A stretch of DNA of 64,000 bases. It comes from a virus. Both the position numbers and the translations under genes were made by a program. Numbering within the stretch: the first letter of the stretch is position 1; every line of letters begins with the position of its first letter. The notes below the pieces were generated by a model that searched no databases, was not told where the DNA came from, and was given only the letters and a program-made list of their open reading frames with translations. The stretch lies in IMG/VR virus record IMGVR_UViG_3300027969_000046. One strand, written 5' to 3'. This document shows positions 9,758-17,858 of the stretch, one piece after another.

Positions 9758-9912
9758 GTGTGAAAAAGTGGTAGAGAATTGGCATAGATAGGATAGTATT
9801 AGAATATAACATACCCACCACGCCTATCGTAGAAGCGCAACCTTGGTGGGTTTTTTATTGTGTAGAAAAGTGGTAAAAAGTGTGAAAAAGTGGTAGAGAA
9901 GTAGCATAGATA
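9758..9912 (+). repeat. 33-bp direct repeat (9758-9790, 9880-9912; 2 mismatches) built of 10-bp-period AAAAGTGG-type units, flanking a hairpin
   Basis: GTGTGAAAAAGTGGTAGAGAA identical in both copies, followed by TTGGCATAGATA / GTAGCATAGATA. Confidence 0.85.
9813..9856 (+). terminator. Large-loop hairpin with U-tract
   Basis: ACCCACCA...TGGTGGGT followed by TTTTT. Confidence 0.6.
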
Positions 9913-9917
9913 ATTCC

Positions 9918-10232
9918 ATGCCGAATGTATATGCTAAGAAACAATGTCCGAATTGCAAAAAGACTCACAGAGGTCGTGGACAGTATTGCTGTATCTCATG
10001 TGGAATGACTGGCCGCACAGTATCCGCAGAGACCAGACTGAAATTATCTAAGAAGTCCACAGAGTATAGAAACACACCAGAGGGTATCGCAACAACCAAA
10101 ACCATTGCGAGAGTTACTGAGAAGCGCCACGATATCAATCAAAAAATCAAAGATGGTCATTATATACTAGAACCAGAGGACTATTATCTGGACATCTGGT
10201 CTAGTGAAGATGACGATAATATTAAGTTATAA
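9918..10232 (+). CDS. Zinc-finger plus NUMOD3-like DNA-binding protein
   Basis: CPNC...YCCISC, then GRTVSAETRLKLS; no nuclease domain visible. Confidence 0.55.
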   Translation: MPNVYAKKQCPNCKKTHRGRGQYCCISCGMTGRTVSAETRLKLSKKSTEYRNTPEGIATTKTIARVTEKRHDINQKIKDGHYILEPEDYYLDIWSSEDDDNIKL

Positions 10233-10401
10233 TCATAGCACTACGGTCTGGTGCAATTCTATTCAATTCACTCTCATAAGCATCATATAAACTCTTAGCG
10301 GTTTTTGTGAGGCTCCCTTGTTGGTTCTTTCTCTCAATTAATTCTGATTGGGCAAGGTACAGAGCGTTATAGTATTGGTCTGGTGTCAGATTGATATTCA
10401 T
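10222..10401 (-). CDS. 59-aa hypothetical protein from the divergent early promoter (not in ORF track)
   Basis: MNINLTPDQYYNALYLAQSELIERK...; AAGGAAA RBS; upstream TTGACA-17-TAGGAT on the minus strand. Confidence 0.65.
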   Translation of the reverse strand: MNINLTPDQYYNALYLAQSELIERKNQQGSLTKTAKSLYDAYESELNRIAPDRSAMIIT

Positions 10402-10427
10402 ATATTTCCTTTTTTAGTTAACCAGCC

Positions 10428-10549
10428 ATCCTAACATATTGGGCAAAGTTTGTCAAGCCCCCTCGTAAGCCCTTGAAATATAAGGGCTTTTTTACGTGTT
10501 GCGTGGATACAACAGGGGGCCTTGACAATTACCGTGGTTTTGATATAAT
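10428..10549. promoter_or_regulatory. Divergent sigma70 promoter pair with central palindromes and TGTTG-N8-CAACA operator
   Basis: Minus strand TTGACA(10456-10451)-17-TAGGAT; plus strand TTGACA(10522)-16-TATAAT; operator at 10497-10514; AAGCCCTT...AAGGGCTT palindrome. Confidence 0.85.
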
Positions 10550-10662
10550 GGCCACATGATGAAAAATATTGATATAAATGCGCTGGGCAATAAAGTGTTG
10601 GGTTATGTTATTGCGTTTGGTTACGGTTTTCTCGTGGCCATGATGATTTTTGAAAGGGTGCA

Positions 10663-10854
10663 ATGAATCTCTCTAAACTACAAGCTGACATTCAGTTGAA
10701 GCAAGATATACTGTCCTTCATTGAGCAAGGCGGTATGATTAAAGTGGGTAAGACCAAAGCGGTTCGCAAGTGTCAGACCTTCCGTAACAATAAATTTTCA
10801 GTCTATAACATGGGTCATCAAAAAGCCTGTGCTCGTGGCTTCATTAAGGAATAA
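10663..10854 (+). CDS. Early hypothetical protein
   Basis: ORF downstream of a strong promoter. Confidence 0.6.
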   Translation: MNLSKLQADIQLKQDILSFIEQGGMIKVGKTKAVRKCQTFRNNKFSVYNMGHQKACARGFIKE

Positions 10855-10992
10855 TATGATTACTTTAAACCGTGCAGAATTAATTGAGTTGCTATCCTAT
10901 AAGGGTTTTACGACCGATTATCTAATGACCAAGGACGATGAGACCTTGGAGAATCTTTATATTGAATACATTGTTTTAGCAGAGGATTATGT

Positions 10993-11328
10993 ATGAGCAG
11001 AATGAAAGACCTAGCCATTGCGTTGGATGAATACGCTGATTATCTGAAGGCTAACTATAACCAGAGAGGTTATTCAAGGCCTGACCGCCAATTGACCGTT
11101 GAGTTTGATATGGGCTCGAAGTTTATTAAGGTTATCATTGGCCATACTGGTGACACCTCCCGTAGTAGCCATTCATTCATTGTGCTTGGTGAATATAAGA
11201 CCGCAAAGGCTACATTCAAGCATGGCGATATTCTAAAGAGTGCCAGTTGGCGTGCTCCCGCTAAGAATTTTGCAAGGGGCAATATCATGGAAAATGAATA
11301 CGGAAGTATCAGTTGGACGGGCGCCTAA
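10993..11328 (+). CDS. Conserved early phage protein
   Basis: KFIKV...HSFI...GDILKSASWRAPAKNFARGNI, a motif I recall from T4-like early regions. Confidence 0.7.
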   Translation: MSRMKDLAIALDEYADYLKANYNQRGYSRPDRQLTVEFDMGSKFIKVIIGHTGDTSRSSHSFIVLGEYKTAKATFKHGDILKSASWRAPAKNFARGNIMENEYGSISWTGA

Positions 11329-11332
11329 TGGG

Positions 11333-11385
11333 CTGTGCTAAAAAACAACAGCAGGCCTTGACAATTGCCTTGGTTGTGTTATACT
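11333..11385 (+). promoter_or_regulatory. Early promoter with degenerate operator (CTGTG-N8-CAACA)
   Basis: TTGACA(11358)-16-TATACT. Confidence 0.8.
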
Positions 11386-11430
11386 AGCCACATAGATTGA
11401 AAAACAAACGAAATTTTTAAAGGAAACAAA

Positions 11431-11730
11431 ATGTCAAATATTACAGTTGCTATGAAGTCTGAAATCGTTGCTAAGCGTGCTGAGTTGAAAACAATGGTCG
11501 CTCAGTATAAAGAAGCAGTTGCTGCTGAAAAAGAAGTGCGAGCTGCTGCTAAACAAGCTAAAGCGATGGCTAAGTCAGTTAAAGCGTTTGAGAGTGCTAA
11601 GAAAAAAGTGGCTCGTATCGCTAAGTTGGAAGCTAAACTTGCTGCTCTCAAAAACCCACCAGTTGGTACTAAGGCAATTAAGGCAAATAAGAAGCCTTCC
11701 AAAGTTACCGTATTGAAGATGGCTGCCTAA
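11431..11730 (+). CDS. Lys/Ala-rich basic coiled-coil protein (histone H1-like composition)
   Basis: Very K/A rich, strong RBS, codons typical of high expression, C-terminus KMAA. Confidence 0.7.
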   Translation: MSNITVAMKSEIVAKRAELKTMVAQYKEAVAAEKEVRAAAKQAKAMAKSVKAFESAKKKVARIAKLEAKLAALKNPPVGTKAIKANKKPSKVTVLKMAA

Positions 11731-11731
11731 T

Positions 11732-11935
11732 ATGATTGCCGACATGAGCTTCGTGGTCGCTAGTCTAAGGCTGACCGATGATAAAGTAATCGGTCAAGTC
11801 CAAAAAAGCAGAATGTATGGGCGTGACCTGTTATATACTGTCCGCCTCCAGACTCCTGTTAAGTTGAGATGGCGCAGAGAAGCCGTCCGTGAGATGTTAT
11901 TTTCAGAGGATGAATTAAAGGTTATTAATGCGTAA
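11732..11935 (+). CDS. Hypothetical protein
   Basis: Coupled ORF. Confidence 0.55.
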   Translation: MIADMSFVVASLRLTDDKVIGQVQKSRMYGRDLLYTVRLQTPVKLRWRREAVREMLFSEDELKVINA

Positions 11936-12227
11936 AAAGAGGTCAGACCGTAACCATGTGCTGTATCAGCTGACAATAGGTGAGCAGACCTATATTGGCC
12001 TTACAGTTGCAATTGGTCAAGCCTATTTGAGAAGCGTTAAGGTCAGAGTGCAGAAGCACCTGAGCAGAGCCAAAAAAGAGCAGAAGGATTGGGCAATATG
12101 CGAAGCGCTGAGAGGTGATGATAGCATACAGTATGAGGTGCTAGAGGTGGTCAGAGGTCGCAAGGCAGCTCACAGTAGAGAGCGCCAGTTGATAGCAGAG
12201 TATCAGCCTTCACTTAATACATTCTGA
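11928..12227 (+). CDS. Minimal GIY-YIG nuclease-domain protein
   Basis: VLYQL...TYIGLT, RxxxH, LE...RERQLI...PSLN. Confidence 0.75.
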   Translation: MRKKRSDRNHVLYQLTIGEQTYIGLTVAIGQAYLRSVKVRVQKHLSRAKKEQKDWAICEALRGDDSIQYEVLEVVRGRKAAHSRERQLIAEYQPSLNTF

Positions 12228-12269
12228 AGCAGAGGGTGGTGGGGGTCAGCCCGAAACCACAGGAGCCAT

Positions 12270-12430
12270 ATAGTAAGGATCCTTACTTTTTTGATTAGTG
12301 ATAGTAGGATCCTTAGTGTCTGGAACAATGCTTTTTTAGAGAGAGATTTCGTAAAAATCCTGGCCAGCCAGAGAATTCGTGGAAGTCGTTTCTAAAAAAT
12401 CCGCGGCCAGGAAATTTACCGTGGAAGTCG
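12270..12430. repeat. Perfect 16-bp palindrome with a partial second copy, and a tandem pair of 42-bp imperfect repeats
   Basis: AGTAAGGATCCTTACT (12272-12287), ATAGTAGGATCCTTA (12301-12315); units 12347-12388 and 12389-12430 both end CGTGGAAGTCG. Confidence 0.8.
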
Positions 12431-12446
12431 AGTGGCATTCTAATGA

Positions 12447-12478
12447 TTGCCTCTCTATGGTCTACAATGTGTTACAAT
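12447..12478 (+). promoter_or_regulatory. Class-2 promoter TTGCC-N21-TACAAT
   Basis: Upstream of ORF 12539. Confidence 0.55.
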
Positions 12479-12538
12479 GGAATTATCTTTCTTTATCTAA
12501 GAATGGATAATTATTCAATTTAAATAAAAGGAAATAAA

Positions 12539-12754
12539 ATGTTTATACAGTTAACCCGTTTTCAGAATACCTTTGGAGATACAGAGCCAGTCTTTGTGAA
12601 TCCTCGCCAAATTGAGTGTTTCTTTCCCTTTAAAGATGCCTATGGTGGCCGTGAAATTGAGGTCACAAAGGTTCAGTTTAACCAAGGACATCTGATAGTC
12701 CAAGAATCTCTTACTACTATTCAGAGTTATATTATATCGGCTATGAGAGGATAA
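12539..12754 (+). CDS. Small protein, FlbD-like pattern
   Basis: MFIQLTR...PVFVNPRQIE...TKV...IVQESL. Confidence 0.5.
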   Translation: MFIQLTRFQNTFGDTEPVFVNPRQIECFFPFKDAYGGREIEVTKVQFNQGHLIVQESLTTIQSYIISAMRG

Positions 12755-12755
12755 C

Positions 12756-13123
12756 ATGGATGAATTTCTACATGAGATTTATGTGTGGTGGCTAATGTTC
12801 ATTAATATGATTGAAATGTGGTTTAGATAATGGAAGTATTCTCTCAAATTCTTATTAATGCCATTGTGATGTTCTTTATATTTGCATGGACATTTGTAAT
12901 GGTCATTGTGGGTGTTCTATTGTTTTCAGAGGGTAGATGAAATGAGCTACGAAGATAAATTCAGGATTAAACTGATGCTCTTAGCAATGGTCGGTATGGT
13001 TATAGGGTTGATTCTATGAATATTGAGAATATGATAATGGATGAATTTTGGTATGTCCTGATGATACTGTATTTCGGTGTAATGGGATTTGCCTTGGCGT
13101 TTTTTGTTGGATTGGTATTGTGA
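12756..13123 (+). CDS. Four coupled hydrophobic micropeptides (12756-12830, 12830-12940, 12942-13019, 13016-13123)
   Basis: 24, 36, 25 and 35 aa; TAATG/ATGA overlaps; each has one hydrophobic helix. Confidence 0.6.
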
Positions 13124-13183
13124 GGAACCTAGGAGCGCGGAGCGCCTCGGAAACCTTGAAGAAATAAGAGTGGTAATTGTAGT

Positions 13184-14094
13184 ATGAATAGTAGAATTGA
13201 AGAATTAGCCAAAGAGTGTGGTGCATGGAACCAAGTCTATGGTAATAGAAACTTTATGCTTGACGAGCACTTTGATATAGAAAAGTTTGCTAAGTTGATT
13301 GTTAAAGAATGTATGGATGAATGCCTGCGTATGCAATTAGGTAATCAATATACACCAGAAGAAATGTTGTTTCAAACTAAGTATCGTAAGATTATCAAAG
13401 AACATTTCGGAGTTGAAGAATGACACAAGATGAAATTATTGAATTGGCTATCCAAGGTCATGCAAGCACAAGAGATGCTATTCGGTGGGCTATGAACCAA
13501 GAGCGTGAGGCGTGTGCAAAGTTATTAGAAACAACAGACTTAGGTGGACTAAAAGATAACCCAGCAATGCAGAGTTGGGTTGCAGAAATGTTGTTGGCTT
13601 ATGTAAAAGTAATCAGAGCAAGGGGACAAGCATGACCACAGTAATTGCGATGGCTATAATTATAGTAATGGAGTTTTTATGAATGGTAGGACTTGGGCTG
13701 ATGTAATAGTCATTCTATTATTGTTTGTTTTTTTGTATATACATTTGAGGTACTAATGAAGATTGTAATTAATAATTGTCATGGTGGTTTTGGCTTAAGT
13801 GATGAAGCCACGGAGTTATACGCTAAGTATAAAGGTCTTGACCTACGAAAAGAGGAAAAGAATACTAATTCGGTTCTGCCGAGTGATTATTATGTTGGTG
13901 ATGAATGGTTCAATTACCGATATATTGACCGCAACGATGTGGACTTGGTTCGTGTGGTGCAAGAGCTGGGTGAGAAAGCCGATGGGTTTTGTTCTAAACT
14001 AAAACTGGTCGATATTCCTACCGATGTTCAATGGACTATTGAAGAATACGATGGCATGGAATGGGTCGCCGAGAAACATAGGACATGGTCTTAA
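13184..14094 (+). other. Hypothetical ORFs 13184-13423, 13420-13635, micropeptides 13632-13682 and 13679-13756, and conserved ORF 13756-14094
   Basis: Coupled ORFs; KIVINxCHGGFGLS...EYDGMEWVAEKH is a common phage family motif. Confidence 0.65.
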
Positions 14095-14105
14095 AAGTCG
14101 TTTAA

Positions 14106-14174
14106 AATCAAGAGCTTAGCGCTGTTGTTTTTCTGCAACAGGGGGCTTGTGTTTTCCACTGGTTCGTGTATAAT
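14106..14174 (+). promoter_or_regulatory. Early promoter with IHF-like site and operator
   Basis: AATCAAGAGCTTA (WATCAANNNNTTR) 14106-14118; TGTTG-N8-CAACA 14123-14140; TTGTGT-16-TATAAT. Confidence 0.8.
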
Positions 14175-14204
14175 GGTTCCTGTTGAGTTGATAAGGAAAC
14201 AAAA

Positions 14205-15457
14205 ATGATGAAATTTGAAGGTGTTGCAAAAGTTGGTGATGTAATTCGTGCTTATGATTTTAAGCCAATGTTTGGTCGTTCCGATGCTTATGTTGAAGGA
14301 ATTGTTGAAAATGCCAATTGCACAGAGCCTGGCTACAAGTGCTACAAAATCACTTGTGTAGCAGATTTTTGGGACGGTAAATTCCGTAAGGGTGTTCGCT
14401 CTAGTCGGATTGCTAAAATTGTTTTTGTTCCAATGGAAGTGTCGTTCATGGAATATGATGCTCGAATTATTAACTTGTCAAAATAAGGATTATTATGTCA
14501 TACGCTAAATTATCAGTTGAAGAATTACAAGGTTATTTCAGCGATTTCCATAAAGATTATTATGGTTTTCGTCCTCGTGGTTTTGGTACTGTTGAGCAGT
14601 GGAATGACCGTGATTGGCTAATTGCTAATATTGAGCAAATTCATGGCGCTATTGATGCCATGAAAGCAACCTTTTCTGGTCGTGAAGAATTACGCCAACA
14701 AGGTTGGGTTGTTGAAGAAACCGATCCTGAATTAGCTAAAAGAGCCAAGTGGCTCGCTGATGAAAGAAAGCGGGAGCAAGATGATTTTTTGGCTCAAATG
14801 GATGCTGATTGGGCTGAACAAATGGAGAAAGCAGATATTAATGATTGATTTTTTAAAGTGGATTGCCACACTAATCACTTTAGCAGGCGCCCTCGCTACA
14901 ACGCTGGCGCTTGACCCGTTGAATATCTACCTATTGAATTTAGGTGCCGTATTGTTTTTAATATGGGGTATTCTGATTAAAGAAAAAGCAATGGTCGCTG
15001 TTAATGCAGGACTATTGGGAATTTATGTATTTGGTTTAATGTTGAGAGTATAAGTAATGGAACTTTATAAAAGGTTTGTATGGATGATTCAGAAAAGTTC
15101 GATGGGTTCTACATTTTACCAGGCGAAGATGATGGTATAAAATTATCTTATTTTGATTTTAAAGATGATTTTATTAAAGGCGAAAAAGTAGGTGGCACCG
15201 AAGTTGGTGATATGTACCATGTTATCTTTATGAGGACAGGCGATGACAGCTTGCCGATTTTAGATGACCATTTTGAGGCGATATTTTCGCATCCTGAGAC
15301 CTATGTGAGGAATCTATTAGGTGCGGATATCTTTGGTTGCTTTGTAAAGAAAACGGAAAACAGTTGGAAGTGGGTTGATAATTACCTCACAAGAACAATG
15401 GCTCGTGTTACAATGATGAAAATGTCAAGTTATGCGAAGTCTTTATCGGAAGATTAA
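14205..15457 (+). other. Early hypothetical ORFs (14205-14486, 14495-14848, ~14841-15053 membrane protein, 15080-15457)
   Basis: ORFs with RBSs downstream of the promoter. Confidence 0.65.
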
Positions 15458-15473
15458 TTGAAAGGAAAGAAAA

Positions 15474-16361
15474 ATGCCTAATTGGTGTGCTAATAATGTT
15501 GAGTTTCATAATGATGATGTTGCCGAAGTTGCAAAACTAGAAGCACACTTAAAATTTTTAGATGAACGAGAAAAAAATGAAACTGCCGAAGCAGGTTTAT
15601 TTGGTTATTTTGTGCCAAGACCACCAGAATTTGATGAAGGTGAATCTTGGTATGGTTGGAATGTTGCAAATTGGGGAACAAAATGGGAAGCTTCAATTTA
15701 TTCATGGGAAAAAGTGAATGAAAATTGTATTAAAATTAATTTTGATACAGCATGGGCACCGCCAATAGCGTTTTATGATTTTCTAGCAGGAGAAACCGAG
15801 TGGTATGTTACTGCTACCTATTGGGAACCTGGCATGGGATTCGTTGGACGCAATTGTGCAGGTGATGATGAGTGCTATGAGTATTCTAATGCTGAAGATG
15901 TTGAAGATATTCCTGAGGAATTGATTGAGGAATACAATTTGCGTGACCAATTCGAAGATGAAGAAGATTGGGACGAAGAAGAAGATGAGGAAACTGATGA
16001 AGAATCAGAATCCCGTTTAGCTCAAGAGTTGGAAGAATTGAAAACGGAGTTTGATTTGTTAAATGTGAGTGATGAACCTGCAAAAAATGCGTTTGCTGAC
16101 GAAAATGGTCGTGAATGGTTGCGTGAATTGTTGCGTGAACGAGTTGTTGGTGTTGTTTTTACAAAAAAAGACGGCACGGAACGTGTTATGCAAGCTACTT
16201 TGAGTGAAGAATTCATTCCGCAAGCAGACCGAAGCGAAAATTCGACAAATATTCGCAAAAAATCAGATGAAGCGCTTGCAGTTTGGGATATTGAAGCAGA
16301 AGGCTGGCGTAGTTTTCGCTGGGATTCTGTAAAACAAGTGAATTTTACGTTGGGAGAGTAA
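15474..16361 (+). CDS. Fusion of a DUF1281/YubB ferredoxin-like domain, an acidic linker and a WYL_2/SH3-like beta-barrel
   Basis: MPNWCxN, WYGWNVANWGTKWE, FDTAWAPP; D/E run; VFTKKDGTERVMQATL...VWDIEAEGWRSFRWDSV. Confidence 0.7.
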   Translation: MPNWCANNVEFHNDDVAEVAKLEAHLKFLDEREKNETAEAGLFGYFVPRPPEFDEGESWYGWNVANWGTKWEASIYSWEKVNENCIKINFDTAWAPPIAFYDFLAGETEWYVTATYWEPGMGFVGRNCAGDDECYEYSNAEDVEDIPEELIEEYNLRDQFEDEEDWDEEEDEETDEESESRLAQELEELKTEFDLLNVSDEPAKNAFADENGREWLRELLRERVVGVVFTKKDGTERVMQATLSEEFIPQADRSENSTNIRKKSDEALAVWDIEAEGWRSFRWDSVKQVNFTLGE

Positions 16362-16364
16362 AAA

Positions 16365-16631
16365 ATGACAAAATATATTGTTGAATCTATTGGAATGTTC
16401 CGACAAGTTCATATTGTTGAAGCGGAAAATGAAGAAGCAGCGTTTAAAATTGCGGAAACTGCTGATGACAATTGGCAGGAATTTCTCGGTATGACAAAAA
16501 TTGATGTAACAGAATTTACCGAAGAACACGCAGATGTTTTCAGGAAAAAAGAGTATTTTTGGGAAGGACTTTCATTTAAAGATGAAAACGGTGAAATAAA
16601 ATATAAGCATCCTGATGGGTCAGTTGCTTAA
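16365..16631 (+). CDS. Hypothetical protein
   Basis: ORF with RBS. Confidence 0.6.
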   Translation: MTKYIVESIGMFRQVHIVEAENEEAAFKIAETADDNWQEFLGMTKIDVTEFTEEHADVFRKKEYFWEGLSFKDENGEIKYKHPDGSVA

Positions 16632-16639
16632 TATATAAT

Positions 16640-16699
16640 AAAGTGCGTTGGACGATCCGAGTTATCGGAAGCAAACACCATAAGTGGCCAACGCATTTT
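16640..16699 (+). ncRNA. Candidate small three-way-junction RNA ahead of the tRNA pair
   Basis: TGCGTTGG/CCAACGCA closing stem; TCCGA-GTTA-TCGGA and CAC-CATAA-GTG hairpins. Confidence 0.45.
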
Positions 16700-16717
16700 A
16701 CTATTGACAATTATTAT

Positions 16718-16795
16718 CGCAGAGTATGGAAGTGGTCTATCCGTCTGGTCTCATAAGCCATGAAATCGTTGGTTCGAATCCAACCTCTGCAACCA
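16718..16795 (+). tRNA. tRNA-Met(CAT), initiator-like (C1:A72 mismatch)
   Basis: GCAGAG/CTCTGC acceptor, CTCATAA anticodon loop, GGTTCGAATCC T-arm, CCA end. Confidence 0.9.
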
Positions 16796-16797
16796 AT

Positions 16798-16872
16798 GCT
16801 CGGGTCGTCTATCGGTTAGGACATTGCCCTTTCACGGCAAGAAGAGCGGTTCGATTCCGCTTCCGAGTGCCA
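16798..16872 (+). tRNA. tRNA-Glu(TTC)
   Basis: GCTCGG/CCGAGT acceptor, CTTTCAC loop, GGTTCGATTCC, CCA end. Confidence 0.92.
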
Positions 16873-16888
16873 TTTTTGAGAGTTTAAT

Positions 16889-17155
16889 ATGACAATTCAG
16901 CAAGCATGGGATTTTATGGGTTGCTCAATGTTTGTTTCAGTTGGAATAATTTCAATTGTTGCAACCATTCTAGCAGTAAACAATTTATTCAGTAAGTTTT
17001 GGAAACCAATTAATCTATACAGCACAATATATAGATTTGTTGATGTTGAACAGGAGAAAACAAGTGAAGAAAAAGAAGGAAAGAATTCCCAAGGAAAGAA
17101 ACTACCTAGTCAAACTAGCTCTGTTTCGAAAAGCGGGAACGCACAAGAAAAGTAA
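16889..17155 (+). CDS. Membrane protein, hypothetical
   Basis: N-terminal TM helix. Confidence 0.55.
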   Translation: MTIQQAWDFMGCSMFVSVGIISIVATILAVNNLFSKFWKPINLYSTIYRFVDVEQEKTSEEKEGKNSQGKKLPSQTSSVSKSGNAQEK

Positions 17156-17205
17156 TAAAGCTTTAAGAAAGAACGAGAAACAGAAGGGGTATTATAATAA
17201 TACAT

Positions 17206-17237
17206 TTGCCACATTAATCGGTAAATTAGTGTATAAT
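17206..17237 (+). promoter_or_regulatory. Class-2 promoter TTGCC-N21-TATAAT
   Basis: Upstream of rubrerythrin. Confidence 0.55.
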
Positions 17238-17273
17238 GGTTATTATAATGCCTCTTCAAAAATATAGGAAATC

Positions 17274-17723
17274 ATGGATACAACTTTAGAAAATTTACAA
17301 AGCGCCTTGGCTGGCGAATCAATGGCACATATCAAATATCGGTATTTTGCTAAACTTGCTCGTGCGGAAGGTTTTGAAGATATTGCAAAACACTTTGAAC
17401 ACACAGCCGACCAAGAAATTCTCCACGCATGGGGTCATTTAGAATTGCTAGTAGGTAAACCAAGCACTAAGCGTTGCCTTGAATTGGCGATTGAAGGTGA
17501 AACATATGAATTTACCACAATGTATCCTAAGTTTGAATTACAAGCTAGAATGGAAGGTCATCAACAATGGTTAAAAGAAATCAAAGATAACATTGATGAA
17601 TCTAAAGTTCACGCTGAACAATTCCAAGAATTACTTGTTAAAGCTGAAAAGAGATTCTCTGCTTTAAAAAGAGTAGAAGAAAAGCACGCTAACGCTTACA
17701 AGAAACAATTGGAGAAACTATAA
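17274..17723 (+). CDS. Rubrerythrin (di-iron domain)
   Basis: NLQSALAGESMAHIKYRYFA, QEILHA, AIEGETYEFTTMYP, ESKVHA, EEKHA. Confidence 0.92.
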   Translation: MDTTLENLQSALAGESMAHIKYRYFAKLARAEGFEDIAKHFEHTADQEILHAWGHLELLVGKPSTKRCLELAIEGETYEFTTMYPKFELQARMEGHQQWLKEIKDNIDESKVHAEQFQELLVKAEKRFSALKRVEEKHANAYKKQLEKL

Positions 17724-17851
17724 TGGAACATATTTGTATAGTTTGTGGCCATGTCCACGATGAAGTAACTGAAGGTAAATGGGAAACTTTACCAGAGGAT
17801 TTTGAATGTCCAGAATGTGGATGTGGTAAAGAAGATTACACCGAAATGTAA
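17723..17851 (+). CDS. Rubredoxin (42 aa, not in ORF track)
   Basis: MEHICIVCGHVHD...WETLPEDFECPECGCGKEDY. Confidence 0.9.
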   Translation: MEHICIVCGHVHDEVTEGKWETLPEDFECPECGCGKEDYTEM

Positions 17852-17858
17852 TTATTGT

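Noticed and set aside
9743-12430. CRISPR-like array
   Set aside because: Each repeat has only two copies, there is no series of unique regular spacers, and no cas genes are present
14122-14141. LexA (SOS) box reading of CTGT...ACAG
   Set aside because: Spacing is CTGT-N12-ACAG, not the CTGT-N8-ACAG of beta/gammaproteobacterial LexA
17037-17267. ArfA-like ribosome rescue factor (basic ORF, possible GTG start at 17064)
   Set aside because: Basic, with an LFRK motif, but lacks the KGKGSY signature; left unassigned
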